From Candidatus Omnitrophota bacterium (GTDB lineage Bacteria; Omnitrophota; Gorgyraeia; B26-G9), in the NCBI GenBank assembly GCA_043805415.1, contig JAZDHZ010000037.1:6949-70948 (forward strand): 64,000 nucleotides of DNA, read 5' to 3'. The notes below the pieces were generated by a model. That model searched no databases. It worked only from the letters and a program-made list of their open reading frames with translations, and had not been told where the DNA came from. This document shows, piece by piece, positions 47,911 to 59,020 of the stretch (positions within the stretch are counted from its first letter, which is position 1; every line of letters starts with the position of its first letter). The position numbers and the translations under genes were made by a program.

Positions 47911-48936
47911 TTATTTAAGTTTAAAGACCTTTTTAATTCTTTTTAAATCATCATTGCCAAATCTTTCCATAAAAGCATCGGCAATAACAATCGCACTCAT
48001 TGCTTCGCCGATAACACCCGCGGCTTCGACTGCAGAGATATCTGAGCGTTGAATAGAAGCTCGAATTGGTTTTTTAGTTTTAAGATCAACTGTTTTTAAT
48101 GGCTCACCTAAGGTAGCAATCGGTTTCATCCCGCAGCGAGCGATTATTGTCTCGGCATTGCTCATCCCGCCTTCAATGCCGCCGGCATTATTCGTCAGCC
48201 GATAGAAACCTTTTTTCCGGGAATAGGATATCGGATCATGGACTTGAGAGCCCAATTTATTCGCCGCTTCAAAACCAATGCCAAATTCAACTGCTTTAAC
48301 CGCTGGGATGGACATTAGGGCTAAAGCCAGCCGCGCGTCAAGACGGCGGTCATAATGCACATAGCTGCCCAGTCCGGATGGAACATTAACGGCTTGGACT
48401 TCGAAAATACCGCCTAAGGTATCTTTTTTGTTTCTGGCAAAATCAATTTTGGCTTTTATTTTTTTTTCATTTATCTGTCCGCCGACACTAATAACCTTGC
48501 TGGAAAATTTTATTCCAAACTCACTTAGAAATATCTTTGCGATCGCTCCAGCCGCAACCCGGGCAACTGTTTCCCGGGCTGATGCCCGCTCTAAAACACA
48601 ACGGATATCAGAAAACCCATACTTCATTGCTCCGCTTAAATCCGCGTGACCAGGCCGCGGCTCAGTAATGGAAGGCAATTCATTGATTTTAAAATCTTTA
48701 TTTTTTATCATCAAAGCAATCGGACTGCCTAATGTTTTTTTTGCTTTTATGCCGGAGAGTATTTTTACTGTATCTTTTTCAATCTGCATCCTAGCACCGC
48801 GTCCATACCCCTGCTGCCGCCGGAACAGTTCTTGATTAATAATATCCTGATCAATATATAAACCCGCGGGCAGGCCTTCAATAATAGCAATCATACACTC
48901 TCCGTGCGATTCTCCGGCACTCATAAAACGTAACAT
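47911..48936 (-). CDS. aroC: chorismate synthase
   Basis: 'MSAGESHGE' N-terminal signature and a conserved 'RSDISAVEAA' C-terminal region. Confidence 0.9.
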   Translation of the reverse strand: MLRFMSAGESHGECMIAIIEGLPAGLYIDQDIINQELFRRQQGYGRGARMQIEKDTVKILSGIKAKKTLGSPIALMIKNKDFKINELPSITEPRPGHADLSGAMKYGFSDIRCVLERASARETVARVAAGAIAKIFLSEFGIKFSSKVISVGGQINEKKIKAKIDFARNKKDTLGGIFEVQAVNVPSGLGSYVHYDRRLDARLALALMSIPAVKAVEFGIGFEAANKLGSQVHDPISYSRKKGFYRLTNNAGGIEGGMSNAETIIARCGMKPIATLGEPLKTVDLKTKKPIRASIQRSDISAVEAAGVIGEAMSAIVIADAFMERFGNDDLKRIKKVFKLK

Positions 48937-48974
48937 AGCCTGCTCCTCTTTGTATTGCCAAACAGTTAAATAAA

Positions 48975-49985
48975 TTAAAAATAAAACAAATATTTTAGGA
49001 TATTATTACCCCACAGAAGCACTAAAAATGTAGCTAATGACAAATACGGACCATAAGGAATAATTTCCGCTCCTTTGGTTAATTTAGCAACAATCCCAAC
49101 TCCCGCTCCAAAAAAAGGAGCAAGAAAAAATATTAGTAATGCCATCTGCCAACCAAGAATTGAACCAATCATGGCCAGAAATTTCACATCTCCTCCGCCC
49201 ATGCTCTCTTTTTTAAAAATAATCTCACCAAAGCGTCCGATAAGATAAATACTTCCGCCTCCGGCTAAAATTCCTAGTCCAGATTGAATTAATGATCCGC
49301 TCCAAGTAGATACGCCATGCAGCTGGGGAAAAATCACAGACAAAACTATTCCGATCAATAATCCGCCTAATGTTATTTCATCGGGAATAATAAAAAAATC
49401 GAAATCAATAAATGTGGATATAATCAAAGCGCAAGTCAATACCCCATAAACAAAAAACTGCACGGATAAGCCGAAGAAACTATATAGGACAACTAAAAGA
49501 CCGGCAGTAATGAACTCAACCATAAAGTAGCGGAAAGAAATGGGTTTTTGACAAAAGCGGCATTTACCTCCTAAGAATAAATAGCTTAAAAGCGGGATAT
49601 TATCATACCAAACAACCTGCTTCTGACAATTAGGACAAAAAGAGCGCTTGGGTTTATCAATCGATAATTCACAGGATTTATCCAGAATTTTAAAAATCCG
49701 GGTTTTGCTATTTTCATATTTGCCTTCTAACTCAAATCCGCTAAACTGCTGGTTTTTTCTCAGCTTTTTAAATTTTCTTTCCACATAACCGTCTTCATCA
49801 ATATAACCGCTCTTAATTAAATCTTCCCAGAGTTTATCCGTATGTTCTTTGCTTCCGGAAATGCTTAAAAACTCATCCGGCACAACTTTTCCTGAACGCG
49901 GCATCCGATAAATACAGACATTGAGAAAACTGCCGATCAAACAGCCAAAAAGAACAATCATACTTTTTATAATTAACTCCGGCAT
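48975..49985 (-). CDS. pilD: prepilin peptidase / N-methyltransferase (A24 family) with ~80-aa insertion in the cytoplasmic zinc loop
   Basis: 'LFGCLIGSFLNVCIYRMP' and a second Cys pair 'CPNC...CRFC'. Eight TM helices with the catalytic Asp region. Confidence 0.8.
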   Translation of the reverse strand: MPELIIKSMIVLFGCLIGSFLNVCIYRMPRSGKVVPDEFLSISGSKEHTDKLWEDLIKSGYIDEDGYVERKFKKLRKNQQFSGFELEGKYENSKTRIFKILDKSCELSIDKPKRSFCPNCQKQVVWYDNIPLLSYLFLGGKCRFCQKPISFRYFMVEFITAGLLVVLYSFFGLSVQFFVYGVLTCALIISTFIDFDFFIIPDEITLGGLLIGIVLSVIFPQLHGVSTWSGSLIQSGLGILAGGGSIYLIGRFGEIIFKKESMGGGDVKFLAMIGSILGWQMALLIFFLAPFFGAGVGIVAKLTKGAEIIPYGPYLSLATFLVLLWGNNILKYLFYF

Positions 49986-50866
49986 TTTTCCAGTTCTCCT
50001 TCTAGAGCCTGTCGCATTATATCCACAGGAGCAATATCCCTATCTGCCCAATAATTAAAACCAAGTACTCCTTGGTATAAAAGCATGCCCAGTCCTCCGG
50101 CAGCTTTTAATCCTTTTTGTTTCGCGTCTTTTATCAGCTGGGTTTCTTGATTATAAACAACATCATACACCGCCAGATTATCATGCAATAAATTTTTATC
50201 TATTACCGAACCATCTCCTTGTTTCATGCCCACAGGTGTTGTATTTACCAGCAAAGAACATTCTTTTATTTTTTCAACAATTTCTGTTTTATTAATAAAT
50301 TTCAGTTTATCCCGGACTTTAGGGAAACCGGCATAATGCGTTTCCACTGTCTGCTTATGCTGCTCGCTGATTTCATAAACATATATATCCCGCACTAAAC
50401 CTTGATCTTCCCAGCTTAATCCGGAAATAACCGCTCGGCCGGCTCCGCCGCAGCCAAAAACCAATGCGTCTTTATTTTCTGTTTTTGTAAATCCTAAATC
50501 ATTTTTTAATGCTTTAACAAATCCCGGAGCATCGGTATTAGTCCACCAAATACTGCCGTCATCATTTATTCCCACAGTATTAATCGCGCCAATAAGTTCG
50601 CTGTAATCAGCAAGTTGAGCATAACTATTTTTAAAAATCTGCTCAAGGATTTTTTTCGCGGCTACTTTATGCGGAATTGTAATATTAAAACCAGACAGAT
50701 CAGTTCTCGATAGCAAAAAATCTTCCAAATCATCAGGCTTAATCTCAAATAATGCGTATGAAGCATTTATGCCCAAATGAGAAAAAGCGGCATTATGCAT
50801 TGCCGCTGAAAAACTATGTTTTACCGGATAACCGATCAGTCCGTAAATTTTCTGTTTACTTATCAT
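49973..50866 (-). CDS. aroE: shikimate dehydrogenase
   Basis: 'IYGLIGYPVKHSFSAAMHNAAF' and the NADP-binding 'GCGGAGRAV'. Confidence 0.85.
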   Translation of the reverse strand: MISKQKIYGLIGYPVKHSFSAAMHNAAFSHLGINASYALFEIKPDDLEDFLLSRTDLSGFNITIPHKVAAKKILEQIFKNSYAQLADYSELIGAINTVGINDDGSIWWTNTDAPGFVKALKNDLGFTKTENKDALVFGCGGAGRAVISGLSWEDQGLVRDIYVYEISEQHKQTVETHYAGFPKVRDKLKFINKTEIVEKIKECSLLVNTTPVGMKQGDGSVIDKNLLHDNLAVYDVVYNQETQLIKDAKQKGLKAAGGLGMLLYQGVLGFNYWADRDIAPVDIMRQALEGELEKCRS

Positions 50867-50979
50867 TATTTACTCTCTTTACGACGCAGTCACGGGCTTA
50901 GTGAAAAGATATATTTTGCTCCGATCGTCTACGCTGTTTTTAATCTCTTCACTTCGCTCTACATTTGAGCTTTTACGCA

Positions 50980-52515
50980 TTACAAATGTATCTTCTTAGA
51001 CTTTTCTTTTTTAAATAAAACCCTGTTAACAGCATTAAGATAGGCTTTGGCCGATGCTTCAATGATATCAGTACTCGCGCCTCTGCCGGAAATTTCTTCC
51101 TTATTAATCAAAAGCTTTACACTAACCTCACCCAAAGCATCTTTGCCGCGAGTAACAGCCTGAATTGAATAGTCAAGCAATCCGGCTTTAAGCTTGATTA
51201 TTTTTTCAATCGCTTTATAACACGCGTCAACCGGCCCATCACCCTCTGACGATGCTTCAAAAATATCTTTCTTGTTTTTTAATTTAATTGTAGCTCTGGG
51301 CTGAACATTTATCCCGCCAAAAAACTCAAGCGCTTCTAAGCTCCATACCTGCGGAAGATCTTTTGTCTGCTCTTCTACGATAGAAATCAGATCTTCTTCA
51401 AACACTTCCTTTTTCTTATCAGCAAGTTCTTTGAACCGATTGAAGGCCAGATCAAGCTGTTTTTTATTCAGTTTAAAGCCTATGCGCTCAAGCCGATCAG
51501 ACAAAGCATGCCGTCCGGAATGTTTTCCCATCACCAGGCCTTCTCCGTAAAAACCTACAGTCTCAGGGCTGATAATCTCATAAGTCTGGCGTTTTTTAAG
51601 CACCCCGTCTTGATGAATCCCGGATTCATGGCGAAAAGCATTACCGCCAACAATTGCCTTATTCGGAGCAACTACAAAACCAGTAAGCTTACTAACCAGC
51701 CTGCTGGTTTTATAAATCTCTTTTGTTTTAATATCGCAATACATATCTTTAAAATGATCTTTTCGCGTGATCAGGCTCAGGACAATTTCTTCCAGCGCGG
51801 CATTGCCCGCGCGCTCACCTATGCCGTTAACCGTGCATTCAATTTGCCCGGCCCCGTTTTTAATTGCCGCCAGGGAATTTGCCACTGCCAATCCCAGGTC
51901 ATTATGACAATGAACCGCGATAATCGCTTTATTGATATTCGGCACATTATTGCGAATAGCATTGATCAACTGCCCGAATTCTTCCGGCTGGGCAAAGCCG
52001 ACTGTATCCGGGATATTCACTGTTGTTGCGCCGGCTTTAATAACTTTTTCAATAACCCGAAAGAGAAATTCCCGCTCAGTGCGCGACGCGTCTTCCGGTG
52101 AGAACTGAACATCATCAGTAAATTTGCCGGCATACTTAACCGCTGCTTCGGCAATCTTCAATATTTCACTTTCCGCTTTTTTCAGCTTATATTTCATATG
52201 GATCTTTGACGTAGCCAAAAAAACATGAATCCGTTTTCGCTTGGCCGGCTTAAGCGCCAAGGCCGCGGCTTCAATATCTTTATTTAATGATCTTGCCAAG
52301 CCGCAAATCGTTGCTCCTTTTACCTGCCGGGCAATTTGGTAAACACTATTAAAATCACCCGGAGAGGAAATCGGAAAACCTGCTTCAATAATATCAACGC
52401 CTAAACGAACAAGCTGCTGAGCAACTTCTAGTTTCTCCTGATCAGTCAGACTAGCACCCGGAGCTTGTTCCCCGTCTCTTAGCGTTGTATCAAATATCTT
52501 TATCTTCTTTTCCAT
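50980..52515 (-). CDS. 2-isopropylmalate synthase / (R)-citramalate synthase (LeuA family)
   Basis: '[14 protein letters not shown]', '[16 protein letters not shown]', and a C-terminal LeuA-dimer regulatory domain. Start at the internal Met '[11 protein letters not shown]'. Confidence 0.8.
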   Translation of the reverse strand: MEKKIKIFDTTLRDGEQAPGASLTDQEKLEVAQQLVRLGVDIIEAGFPISSPGDFNSVYQIARQVKGATICGLARSLNKDIEAAALALKPAKRKRIHVFLATSKIHMKYKLKKAESEILKIAEAAVKYAGKFTDDVQFSPEDASRTEREFLFRVIEKVIKAGATTVNIPDTVGFAQPEEFGQLINAIRNNVPNINKAIIAVHCHNDLGLAVANSLAAIKNGAGQIECTVNGIGERAGNAALEEIVLSLITRKDHFKDMYCDIKTKEIYKTSRLVSKLTGFVVAPNKAIVGGNAFRHESGIHQDGVLKKRQTYEIISPETVGFYGEGLVMGKHSGRHALSDRLERIGFKLNKKQLDLAFNRFKELADKKKEVFEEDLISIVEEQTKDLPQVWSLEALEFFGGINVQPRATIKLKNKKDIFEASSEGDGPVDACYKAIEKIIKLKAGLLDYSIQAVTRGKDALGEVSVKLLINKEEISGRGASTDIIEASAKAYLNAVNRVLFKKEKSKKIHL

Positions 52516-52555
52516 TTTATTTCTCCGTATCTCTATATAGCCATAAAAAGTCTTT

Positions 52556-53557
52556 TTAGACTTCTTTAGCATCTATCCATTTCATCATTTTCCTTAGTTT
52601 ACGTCCCACAACTTCAATTGGATGATTTTTTTCTTCTTCTTCCATCCGCTTAAAGTTCTTTTTTCCTGTTTTGCATTCATTGATCCATTCTTTGGCAAAA
52701 CTACCGTCTTGGATTTCAGTCAGGATCTTTTTCATCTCTTTTTTTGTCTGATCATTGACAATTCTTTTACCGCGGGTCAAATCTCCATACTCAGCAGTAT
52801 TCGAAACAGAGTAGCGCATATAATCTATCCCGCCTTGATAAAAAAGATCCACAATTAATTTAAGCTCATGCAGGCATTCAAAATAAGCAATCTCCGGCTG
52901 ATATCCGGCTTCAACTAAAGTTTCAAACCCTTTTTTAACCAGCTCTGACGCGCCGCCGCATAAAACCACCTGTTCGCCGAAAAGATCTGTCTCAGTTTCT
53001 TCTTTAAATGTTGTTTCAATAATCCCGCCGCGAGTTCCGCCGACCCCTTTACCATAAGCTAAAGCAATATCTTTTGCTTTGCCAGTTGCATCCTGGTAAA
53101 TAGCGATCAAGCAAGGCACTCCGCCGCCTTTTTCATATTCACTGCGCACTAAATGTCCTGGACCTTTTGGGGCAATCATAAACACATCAATATCTTTACC
53201 TGGAACAATATGCTTAAAATGAATATTAAATCCATGCGAAAACATAATTGCTTTGCCTGGTGTTAAATTTGGCTTAATATCTTTTGTATACAGCTCTCCC
53301 TGATATTCATCCGGAACTAAGATCTGAATAATATCCGCTTTTTTTGTCAGCTCAGCCGCGCTCATTGGCTCAAACCCATGCTTTTTAGCTAACGCATAGT
53401 TTGCGGTTCCCACAACCTCTGAAACAATAACTTTTAATCCGGAATCTCTTAAATTCTGAGCCTGGGCATGCCCTTGACTGCCGTACCCGATAATCCCGAT
53501 AGTTTTACCCGCAAGTATTTTTAAATCCGCGTCATCATCATAATACATCTTTACCAT
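52556..53557 (-). CDS. ilvC: ketol-acid reductoisomerase
   Basis: '[21 protein letters not shown]' NADPH motif, about 333 aa. Confidence 0.9.
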   Translation of the reverse strand: MVKMYYDDDADLKILAGKTIGIIGYGSQGHAQAQNLRDSGLKVIVSEVVGTANYALAKKHGFEPMSAAELTKKADIIQILVPDEYQGELYTKDIKPNLTPGKAIMFSHGFNIHFKHIVPGKDIDVFMIAPKGPGHLVRSEYEKGGGVPCLIAIYQDATGKAKDIALAYGKGVGGTRGGIIETTFKEETETDLFGEQVVLCGGASELVKKGFETLVEAGYQPEIAYFECLHELKLIVDLFYQGGIDYMRYSVSNTAEYGDLTRGKRIVNDQTKKEMKKILTEIQDGSFAKEWINECKTGKKNFKRMEEEEKNHPIEVVGRKLRKMMKWIDAKEV

Positions 53558-53572
53558 AATAATCTTCCTTTC

Positions 53573-54649
53573 CTACCTGTGTTTATTGTTATGTTTCTGA
53601 ATTAATGAATTTAATTCCTGTTCATCCGCAGTTTGTTTTAAAGCTTCGCCAAAAGTTATTTTATTACTGATAACTAAATCGCACAATGCCTGATTCATTG
53701 TATTCATCCCAAAACGTCTGCCGGTTTGAATCAAAGAATATATCTGATGCACCTGATTTTCCCTAATCAGATTCTGGATTCCCGGAATCATGGTCATAAT
53801 CTCCATTGCCAAAGACCGGCCTTCATCCTCAGCATGGGGAATTAATCTCTGCACAAGCACACCCACCAAAACCAAGGAAAGCTGCACGCGGATTTGCTGC
53901 TGCTGATGCGCTGGGAACACATCGACAATCCGGGTAATTGAATTAACCGCGCTGCTTGTATGCAATGTGGCAAAAACCAAATGTCCTGTTTCCGCTAAGG
54001 TTAAAGCTGCCTGGATAGTTTCCAAATCCCGCATCTCGCCAATAACCACAATATCCGGATCCTGACGCAGTACATGTTTTAAAGCTTCAGCAAAGGAAAG
54101 CGTATCTGTACCCAGCTGCCTTTGGTTAATCGTACAAAGCTGATGTTTGTGTAAATACTCTATCGGATCCTCTACAGAGATTATATGCGCTCTGCGGCGT
54201 TTATTTATATAATCAATAATCGCTGCTTGAGTTGTTGATTTTCCACTGCCGGTTGCTCCTGTGATCAAGACCAGACCATTCGGCTTATCCGCGTATTCCT
54301 TTACGATTTCCGGCAGTCCCAATTGTTCAATTGTGGGAATAATAAAAGGAATAACCCGAGCTGCCATAGCAATAGAACCGCGCTGATAATAAAGATTGAT
54401 TCTAAACCGGCTGACACCTTCCAGTCCGCAGGAAAAATCAAGCTCTTTTTTCTGTTCAAACCAGGATATCTGATCATTGTTCAATAAACTATATGCCAGT
54501 TTTTTCAGCGATTCCGGATCTAAAGGATCGCTGTTTGTATAAGTTAAATGTCCGCCAATGCGCAGCTGCGGCGGAATGCCTACCGTAAGATGCAAATCCG
54601 ATGCGCCTCTATCCACAATCATTTTGAGCAACTGCTCCATTGTGAGCAT
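53573..54649 (-). CDS. pilT: type IV pilus retraction ATPase PilT
   Basis: Walker A 'GATGSGKSTT', Asp box, Walker B and His box, about 358 aa (PilT rather than PilB). Confidence 0.85.
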   Translation of the reverse strand: MLTMEQLLKMIVDRGASDLHLTVGIPPQLRIGGHLTYTNSDPLDPESLKKLAYSLLNNDQISWFEQKKELDFSCGLEGVSRFRINLYYQRGSIAMAARVIPFIIPTIEQLGLPEIVKEYADKPNGLVLITGATGSGKSTTQAAIIDYINKRRRAHIISVEDPIEYLHKHQLCTINQRQLGTDTLSFAEALKHVLRQDPDIVVIGEMRDLETIQAALTLAETGHLVFATLHTSSAVNSITRIVDVFPAHQQQQIRVQLSLVLVGVLVQRLIPHAEDEGRSLAMEIMTMIPGIQNLIRENQVHQIYSLIQTGRRFGMNTMNQALCDLVISNKITFGEALKQTADEQELNSLIQKHNNKHR

Positions 54650-54689
54650 AACTATACTCCCTTTACAATAAATTGTTAGTTCTTAAATT

Positions 54690-55163
54690 CTACTGGGCAA
54701 TAGCAATTCTTCCGGTTCTAACCAGCTCTTCAATCCCCATCGGCTGCAGGCAATCAAGCAAATCAATTATCTGTTTTTTCTCACCAACAGCTTCTATCAC
54801 CGCTGCTTTTGGATCATAAGATAAAATTGTTGCCGGAAATTTTTTAAGTAAATTTACCAGTGTCTGCTTGGATATTTTAGCTGTTTTTATTTTAACTAGA
54901 ATTAATTCTCTTTCAAAAAATTTCTTTTTTGTAAGATCGGTTACTGATATTACATCTATAAGTTTGTCTAACTGTTTTTTAATCTGATCCAAAATTTTCT
55001 CTTCTTTAGCATCAACAACCAAACTAACTCTCGACATAGTCGGATCATGAGTTTCTCCCACTGCCAATGAATCAATATTAAAACCCCGCGCGCTAAACAG
55101 ACCGGAAATTCGGGCCAAAACTCCGGGTTTATTTTCGACTAATGCGTAAATTATATGTTTCAT
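54690..55163 (-). CDS. ilvN: acetolactate synthase small (regulatory) subunit
   Basis: ACT domain 'YALVENKPGVLARISGLFSARGFNIDSLAV', about 157 aa. Confidence 0.85.
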   Translation of the reverse strand: MKHIIYALVENKPGVLARISGLFSARGFNIDSLAVGETHDPTMSRVSLVVDAKEEKILDQIKKQLDKLIDVISVTDLTKKKFFERELILVKIKTAKISKQTLVNLLKKFPATILSYDPKAAVIEAVGEKKQIIDLLDCLQPMGIEELVRTGRIAIAQ

Positions 55164-55221
55164 TCTTAACTCCTCTTTTTATCAGAAGACAGATCACAGA
55201 TAACTAATTTCTAAATGCTAT

Positions 55222-55532
55222 CCGCTAATCGCTATTTTCTGGTTTTTGGCTTACACCCTATGTCGCGGTCTAGAATCAATCATTTTGGCTCATTCTCGTC
55301 CCGCATCCTGCGGGACTGCGAGGATAAATCTCTGATTTTGCCAGTCCTAGCAAAATCAGGCTTTAAACCCGCCAAAATAATTATTCTAGCCCTTGTGACT
55401 AATAGCTTATGGCCAATGGCTTATAGTTTCTACTCTGTAAACTTTATAACTTCTTTAGGTTTTTGCTTTTACTATGAGCCATGAGCTATCAGCCATTAAC
55501 TATCCTGCTTTTCCTAACCGCTAATCGCTATT
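55222..55532. repeat. intergenic repeat element flanked by 15-bp direct repeats, separating ilvB from ilvN
   Basis: Direct repeats 'ccgctaatcgctatt' at 55222-36 and 55518-32. Internal hairpins 55298-55316 (8-bp stem) and 55332-55359 (10-bp stem). The segment 'atgagccatgagctatcagccattaactatc' is homologous to 20449-20480. Confidence 0.4.
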
Positions 55533-55547
55533 CGCTACACGCTGCTT

Positions 55548-57218
55548 TTAAGCCATTCCCCCGATCATCCGGTCTATTGCTTCACCCGCAGGGACCATGG
55601 GAAAAACGTTTTCTTCTGGTTCAACTACAAAATCAATTAATACTACATTAGGAATAGCAATTGCTTGTTTTATGGCATTAGCAACCTCGGCTTTTTTCTT
55701 AACCCGAATCCCGGCAGCTCCATAACTTTCCGCTAATTTAACAAAATCCGGTCCGGAGATTGTTGTATTCGCGTATCTTCGGTTATAAAAAAGCTCTTGC
55801 CACTGTCTAACCATACCTAAATAACCATTGTTTAATATCGCGATTTTAACATTAACCTTATTGGCCACAGCAGTCGCCAACTCTTGGATATTCATTTGAA
55901 TTGAACCATCGCCGGCAATATCAAAAACTACTTTATCCGGTCTGCCTAATTTAGCTCCGATTGCCGCGGGAAAACCATAGCCCATGGTTCCCAATCCGCC
56001 GGATGAAATCCAGGTACGCGGTTTTGTATACTGATAATATTGGGCTGCCCACATTTGGTTCTGTCCGACTTCTGTACAAATAATCGCGTCACCTTTAGTT
56101 ATCTTATAGATCTGCTCTACAACATACTGCGGTCTTATTGTCTGGCCAGATGTTTTATACTGCAAAGGAGCTTTTATTTTCCAAGCTTGAATTTTTTTAA
56201 GCCAAGCATCTGTCTGCAATCTTTTAACAATTTTGTTTAAAGCCTGTAAGCCTTGCTTCGCGTCACAAATAACCGGAACATCTACCCGGATATTCTTGCT
56301 GATCGCGGTTGGATCAATATCAATATGAATTACTTTCGCGTCCGGAGCAAATTTATCAATACGTCCGGTTACCCGATCATCAAAACGCGCGCCAATAGCG
56401 ATAATTAGATCGCTTTCCATAATCGAATGATTCGCGTAAGCTGTTCCATGCATCCCGAGCATGCCCAGGGAAAGCGGATTATTTTCCGGAAAACCGCCCA
56501 GACCCATTAAAGTTGTTGTTACCGGAGCATTGATCTTTACCGCGAATTCAAGCAGCTCATCATGCGCCCCGGCGATTATTATTCCTCCGCCGGCATAAAT
56601 TACCGGTTTTTTGCTTTTTTCAATCAACTTTGCCGCTTTTTTTATCTGATCCATGGGCAAGGCTATGTCCGGATTATATGAACGCATTTTAATTGTTTCC
56701 GGATAATTAAATTCAATTACTTGTTTTTGAATATCCACCGGAACATCAACAACTACCGGGCCGGGTCTGCCGGTTGCCGCGATATAAAAAGCTTCTTTAA
56801 TCGTACTCGCAAGTTCTGAAATATCCTTAACCAGATAATTATGTTTTGTGATTGATCGGGTTATGCCGGTGATATCCGCTTCCTGAAAAGCATCATTTCC
56901 AATCAGCGCGCTATTAACCTGTCCGGTTATCGCCACCATGGGAATAGAATCCATATGCGCTGTAGCCAGACCAGTAACCAGATTTGTCGCTCCTGGTCCT
57001 GAGGTAGCCATGCAAACACCTACCTTGCCGGTTGCCCGGGCATATCCATCCGCGGCATGCGCAGCAGCCTGTTCATGGCGAACAAGAATAAAATCAATCG
57101 GAGCATCATAAAGCGCGTCAGTAAGCGGTAAAACTGATCCGCCGGGATAGCCGAATAATACCCGTACTCCTTCTTTTAACAGTGACTCAACAATAATCTC
57201 CGCGCCTGTTTTTTTCAT
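55548..57218 (-). CDS. ilvB: acetolactate synthase large subunit (biosynthetic type)
   Basis: ThDP motif '[14 protein letters not shown]' and FAD-binding region, about 556 aa. Confidence 0.9.
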   Translation of the reverse strand: MKKTGAEIIVESLLKEGVRVLFGYPGGSVLPLTDALYDAPIDFILVRHEQAAAHAADGYARATGKVGVCMATSGPGATNLVTGLATAHMDSIPMVAITGQVNSALIGNDAFQEADITGITRSITKHNYLVKDISELASTIKEAFYIAATGRPGPVVVDVPVDIQKQVIEFNYPETIKMRSYNPDIALPMDQIKKAAKLIEKSKKPVIYAGGGIIIAGAHDELLEFAVKINAPVTTTLMGLGGFPENNPLSLGMLGMHGTAYANHSIMESDLIIAIGARFDDRVTGRIDKFAPDAKVIHIDIDPTAISKNIRVDVPVICDAKQGLQALNKIVKRLQTDAWLKKIQAWKIKAPLQYKTSGQTIRPQYVVEQIYKITKGDAIICTEVGQNQMWAAQYYQYTKPRTWISSGGLGTMGYGFPAAIGAKLGRPDKVVFDIAGDGSIQMNIQELATAVANKVNVKIAILNNGYLGMVRQWQELFYNRRYANTTISGPDFVKLAESYGAAGIRVKKKAEVANAIKQAIAIPNVVLIDFVVEPEENVFPMVPAGEAIDRMIGGMA

Positions 57219-57244
57219 AATATTTCCTCTTTACTTTTTTATTA

Positions 57245-58906
57245 TCATTCAATATCTAAAACCGCGCCTTTGCTTGCCGAGCTTACCATTTTGGCATAGC
57301 GCTTAAGCCATCCAGTATTCACTTTCGGTGCTGGATGTTTTACACTGCGCAGTCTTGTTTCTATTTCCTGATCAGTTAAATTTAAATGTAATTTTCTGTT
57401 TTTAATATCAATGATTATTTCATCATTATTTTTTATTGCGGCAATCGGACCATTCGCCGCTGCTTCTGGAGAAATATGTCCAATGCAAGGCCCCCGGGTT
57501 CCGCCGGAAAATCTGCCGTCAGTTATTAAAGCAACATCATCAGCCATGCCCATTCCCACAATTGCCGCAGTCGGCGCTAGCATTTCCCGCATACCCGGAC
57601 CGCCGCGCGGACCTTCATAACGCACCACTAAAACAGTGCCTTTTTTCACTTTAGCGGATAAGATATCTTTCATTACCGCTTCTTCGCTATTATATACCCG
57701 GGCCTTACCTTTAAAGTACATCATTTTCTCACTGACAGCGGACTGCTTTACAACCGCGCCCTCTGGGGCTAAGTTGCCAAACAGTACTGCTATCCCTCCT
57801 TCTTTATGATACGCTTTATTCAGCGGCCGGACAATTTCTTCACTAAATATTTCAGAATAATTTGCTAGTTTCTTCACATTTGTCCCGCTAACAGTCGGAT
57901 TATCATTTAATTTATCTTTAAGCCTGCGCATTACTGCCGGAACTCCGCCGGCATATTCAAGATCTTCCATAAAATACTCCCCGCCTGGACGCAAATCAGT
58001 AATGTGTGGAGTTTTTTTGCTTATTTTGTCAAATTTTTCTAAAGGGATGTTTATCCCGCATTCATGGGCAATTGCCAAAAGATGCAAAACAGTATTGCTT
58101 GAGCCGCCCAAAGCCATATCCACCATAATCGCGTTTTCCAATGATTTTTCATTCATGATCATATTCGGAGTAATATTCTCTTCCACTAATTTAACAATCC
58201 GCTCCCCGGTTGCCTGAGCAATCCGCTTTTTCTTGGCCATGCCGGCTAAACCAGTACCGCAGCCAGGTAAAGACATGCCCATTGCTTCAGTAAGACAAGC
58301 CATGGTATTGGCAGTATATAATCCCTGACACGAACCCTGGCCAGGACAAGCTTCCATTTCCAGACAAGAAAGCTCTTGATTAGTCATCTCGCCTCTTTTA
58401 GTTAAAGACAATGCTTCAAAAGTATCCCGGACAAAAGACAAACGTTTCATTCCCAGCCTGCCGGAAAGCATTGGTCCGGCAGTAAGCACAATCGCCGGAA
58501 TATTTAAACGCGCTATTGCCATCAACATCCCTGGAGTAATTTTGTCACAATTAGTAATACAAACAAGTCCATCCGCGCAATGCGCTTTGATTACAGATTC
58601 CACGGAATCAGCAATCAATTCCCGCGAAGCAAGCGGATAATGCATGCCTTCATGGCCCATGGCAATTCCATCGCATATACCGGGAAGTCCAAAGAAAAAA
58701 GGCACTCCGCCTTGACTGACTATGCCGCGTTCGACAAATCTCTCTAAATCGCGCATGCCAACATGTCCGGGAATAAAATCATTGAATGAACTTGCCACGG
58801 CAATAAAAGGCTTGCTCAGATCTTTTCGGGAAATACCAGTGCCAAACAACAAAGCTCTGTGCGGCGCGCGTTCTAATCCTTTTTTAATTTTGTCACTGCG
58901 TAACAT
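57245..58906 (-). CDS. ilvD: dihydroxy-acid dehydratase
   Basis: '[11 protein letters not shown]' and the Fe-S Cys ligands, about 553 aa. Confidence 0.9.
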   Translation of the reverse strand: MLRSDKIKKGLERAPHRALLFGTGISRKDLSKPFIAVASSFNDFIPGHVGMRDLERFVERGIVSQGGVPFFFGLPGICDGIAMGHEGMHYPLASRELIADSVESVIKAHCADGLVCITNCDKITPGMLMAIARLNIPAIVLTAGPMLSGRLGMKRLSFVRDTFEALSLTKRGEMTNQELSCLEMEACPGQGSCQGLYTANTMACLTEAMGMSLPGCGTGLAGMAKKKRIAQATGERIVKLVEENITPNMIMNEKSLENAIMVDMALGGSSNTVLHLLAIAHECGINIPLEKFDKISKKTPHITDLRPGGEYFMEDLEYAGGVPAVMRRLKDKLNDNPTVSGTNVKKLANYSEIFSEEIVRPLNKAYHKEGGIAVLFGNLAPEGAVVKQSAVSEKMMYFKGKARVYNSEEAVMKDILSAKVKKGTVLVVRYEGPRGGPGMREMLAPTAAIVGMGMADDVALITDGRFSGGTRGPCIGHISPEAAANGPIAAIKNNDEIIIDIKNRKLHLNLTDQEIETRLRSVKHPAPKVNTGWLKRYAKMVSSASKGAVLDIE

Positions 58907-58964
58907 CTTCTCACCTCAATTTTATAAAGCATTTAAACCAATCTGAACTCTTTACTGAGAACAA

Positions 58965-58998
58965 AGAAGACAGAATAATCTGTCTTCTGCTTTTTTTT
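58965..58998. terminator. strong hairpin + T8 (intrinsic terminator-like) between paralog operon and ilvD
   Basis: Perfect 10-bp stem 'agaagacaga'/'tctgtcttct', loop 'ataa', followed on + by 'gctttttttt'. The - strand trailer is only moderately T-rich. Confidence 0.45.
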
Positions 58999-59020
58999 AC
59001 ATTAGAATTGAACTCTTTTT

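Noticed and set aside
51508-52101. 197-aa + strand ORF inside leuA/cimA
   Set aside because: Antisense to a strongly supported LeuA-family gene. No recognisable domain.
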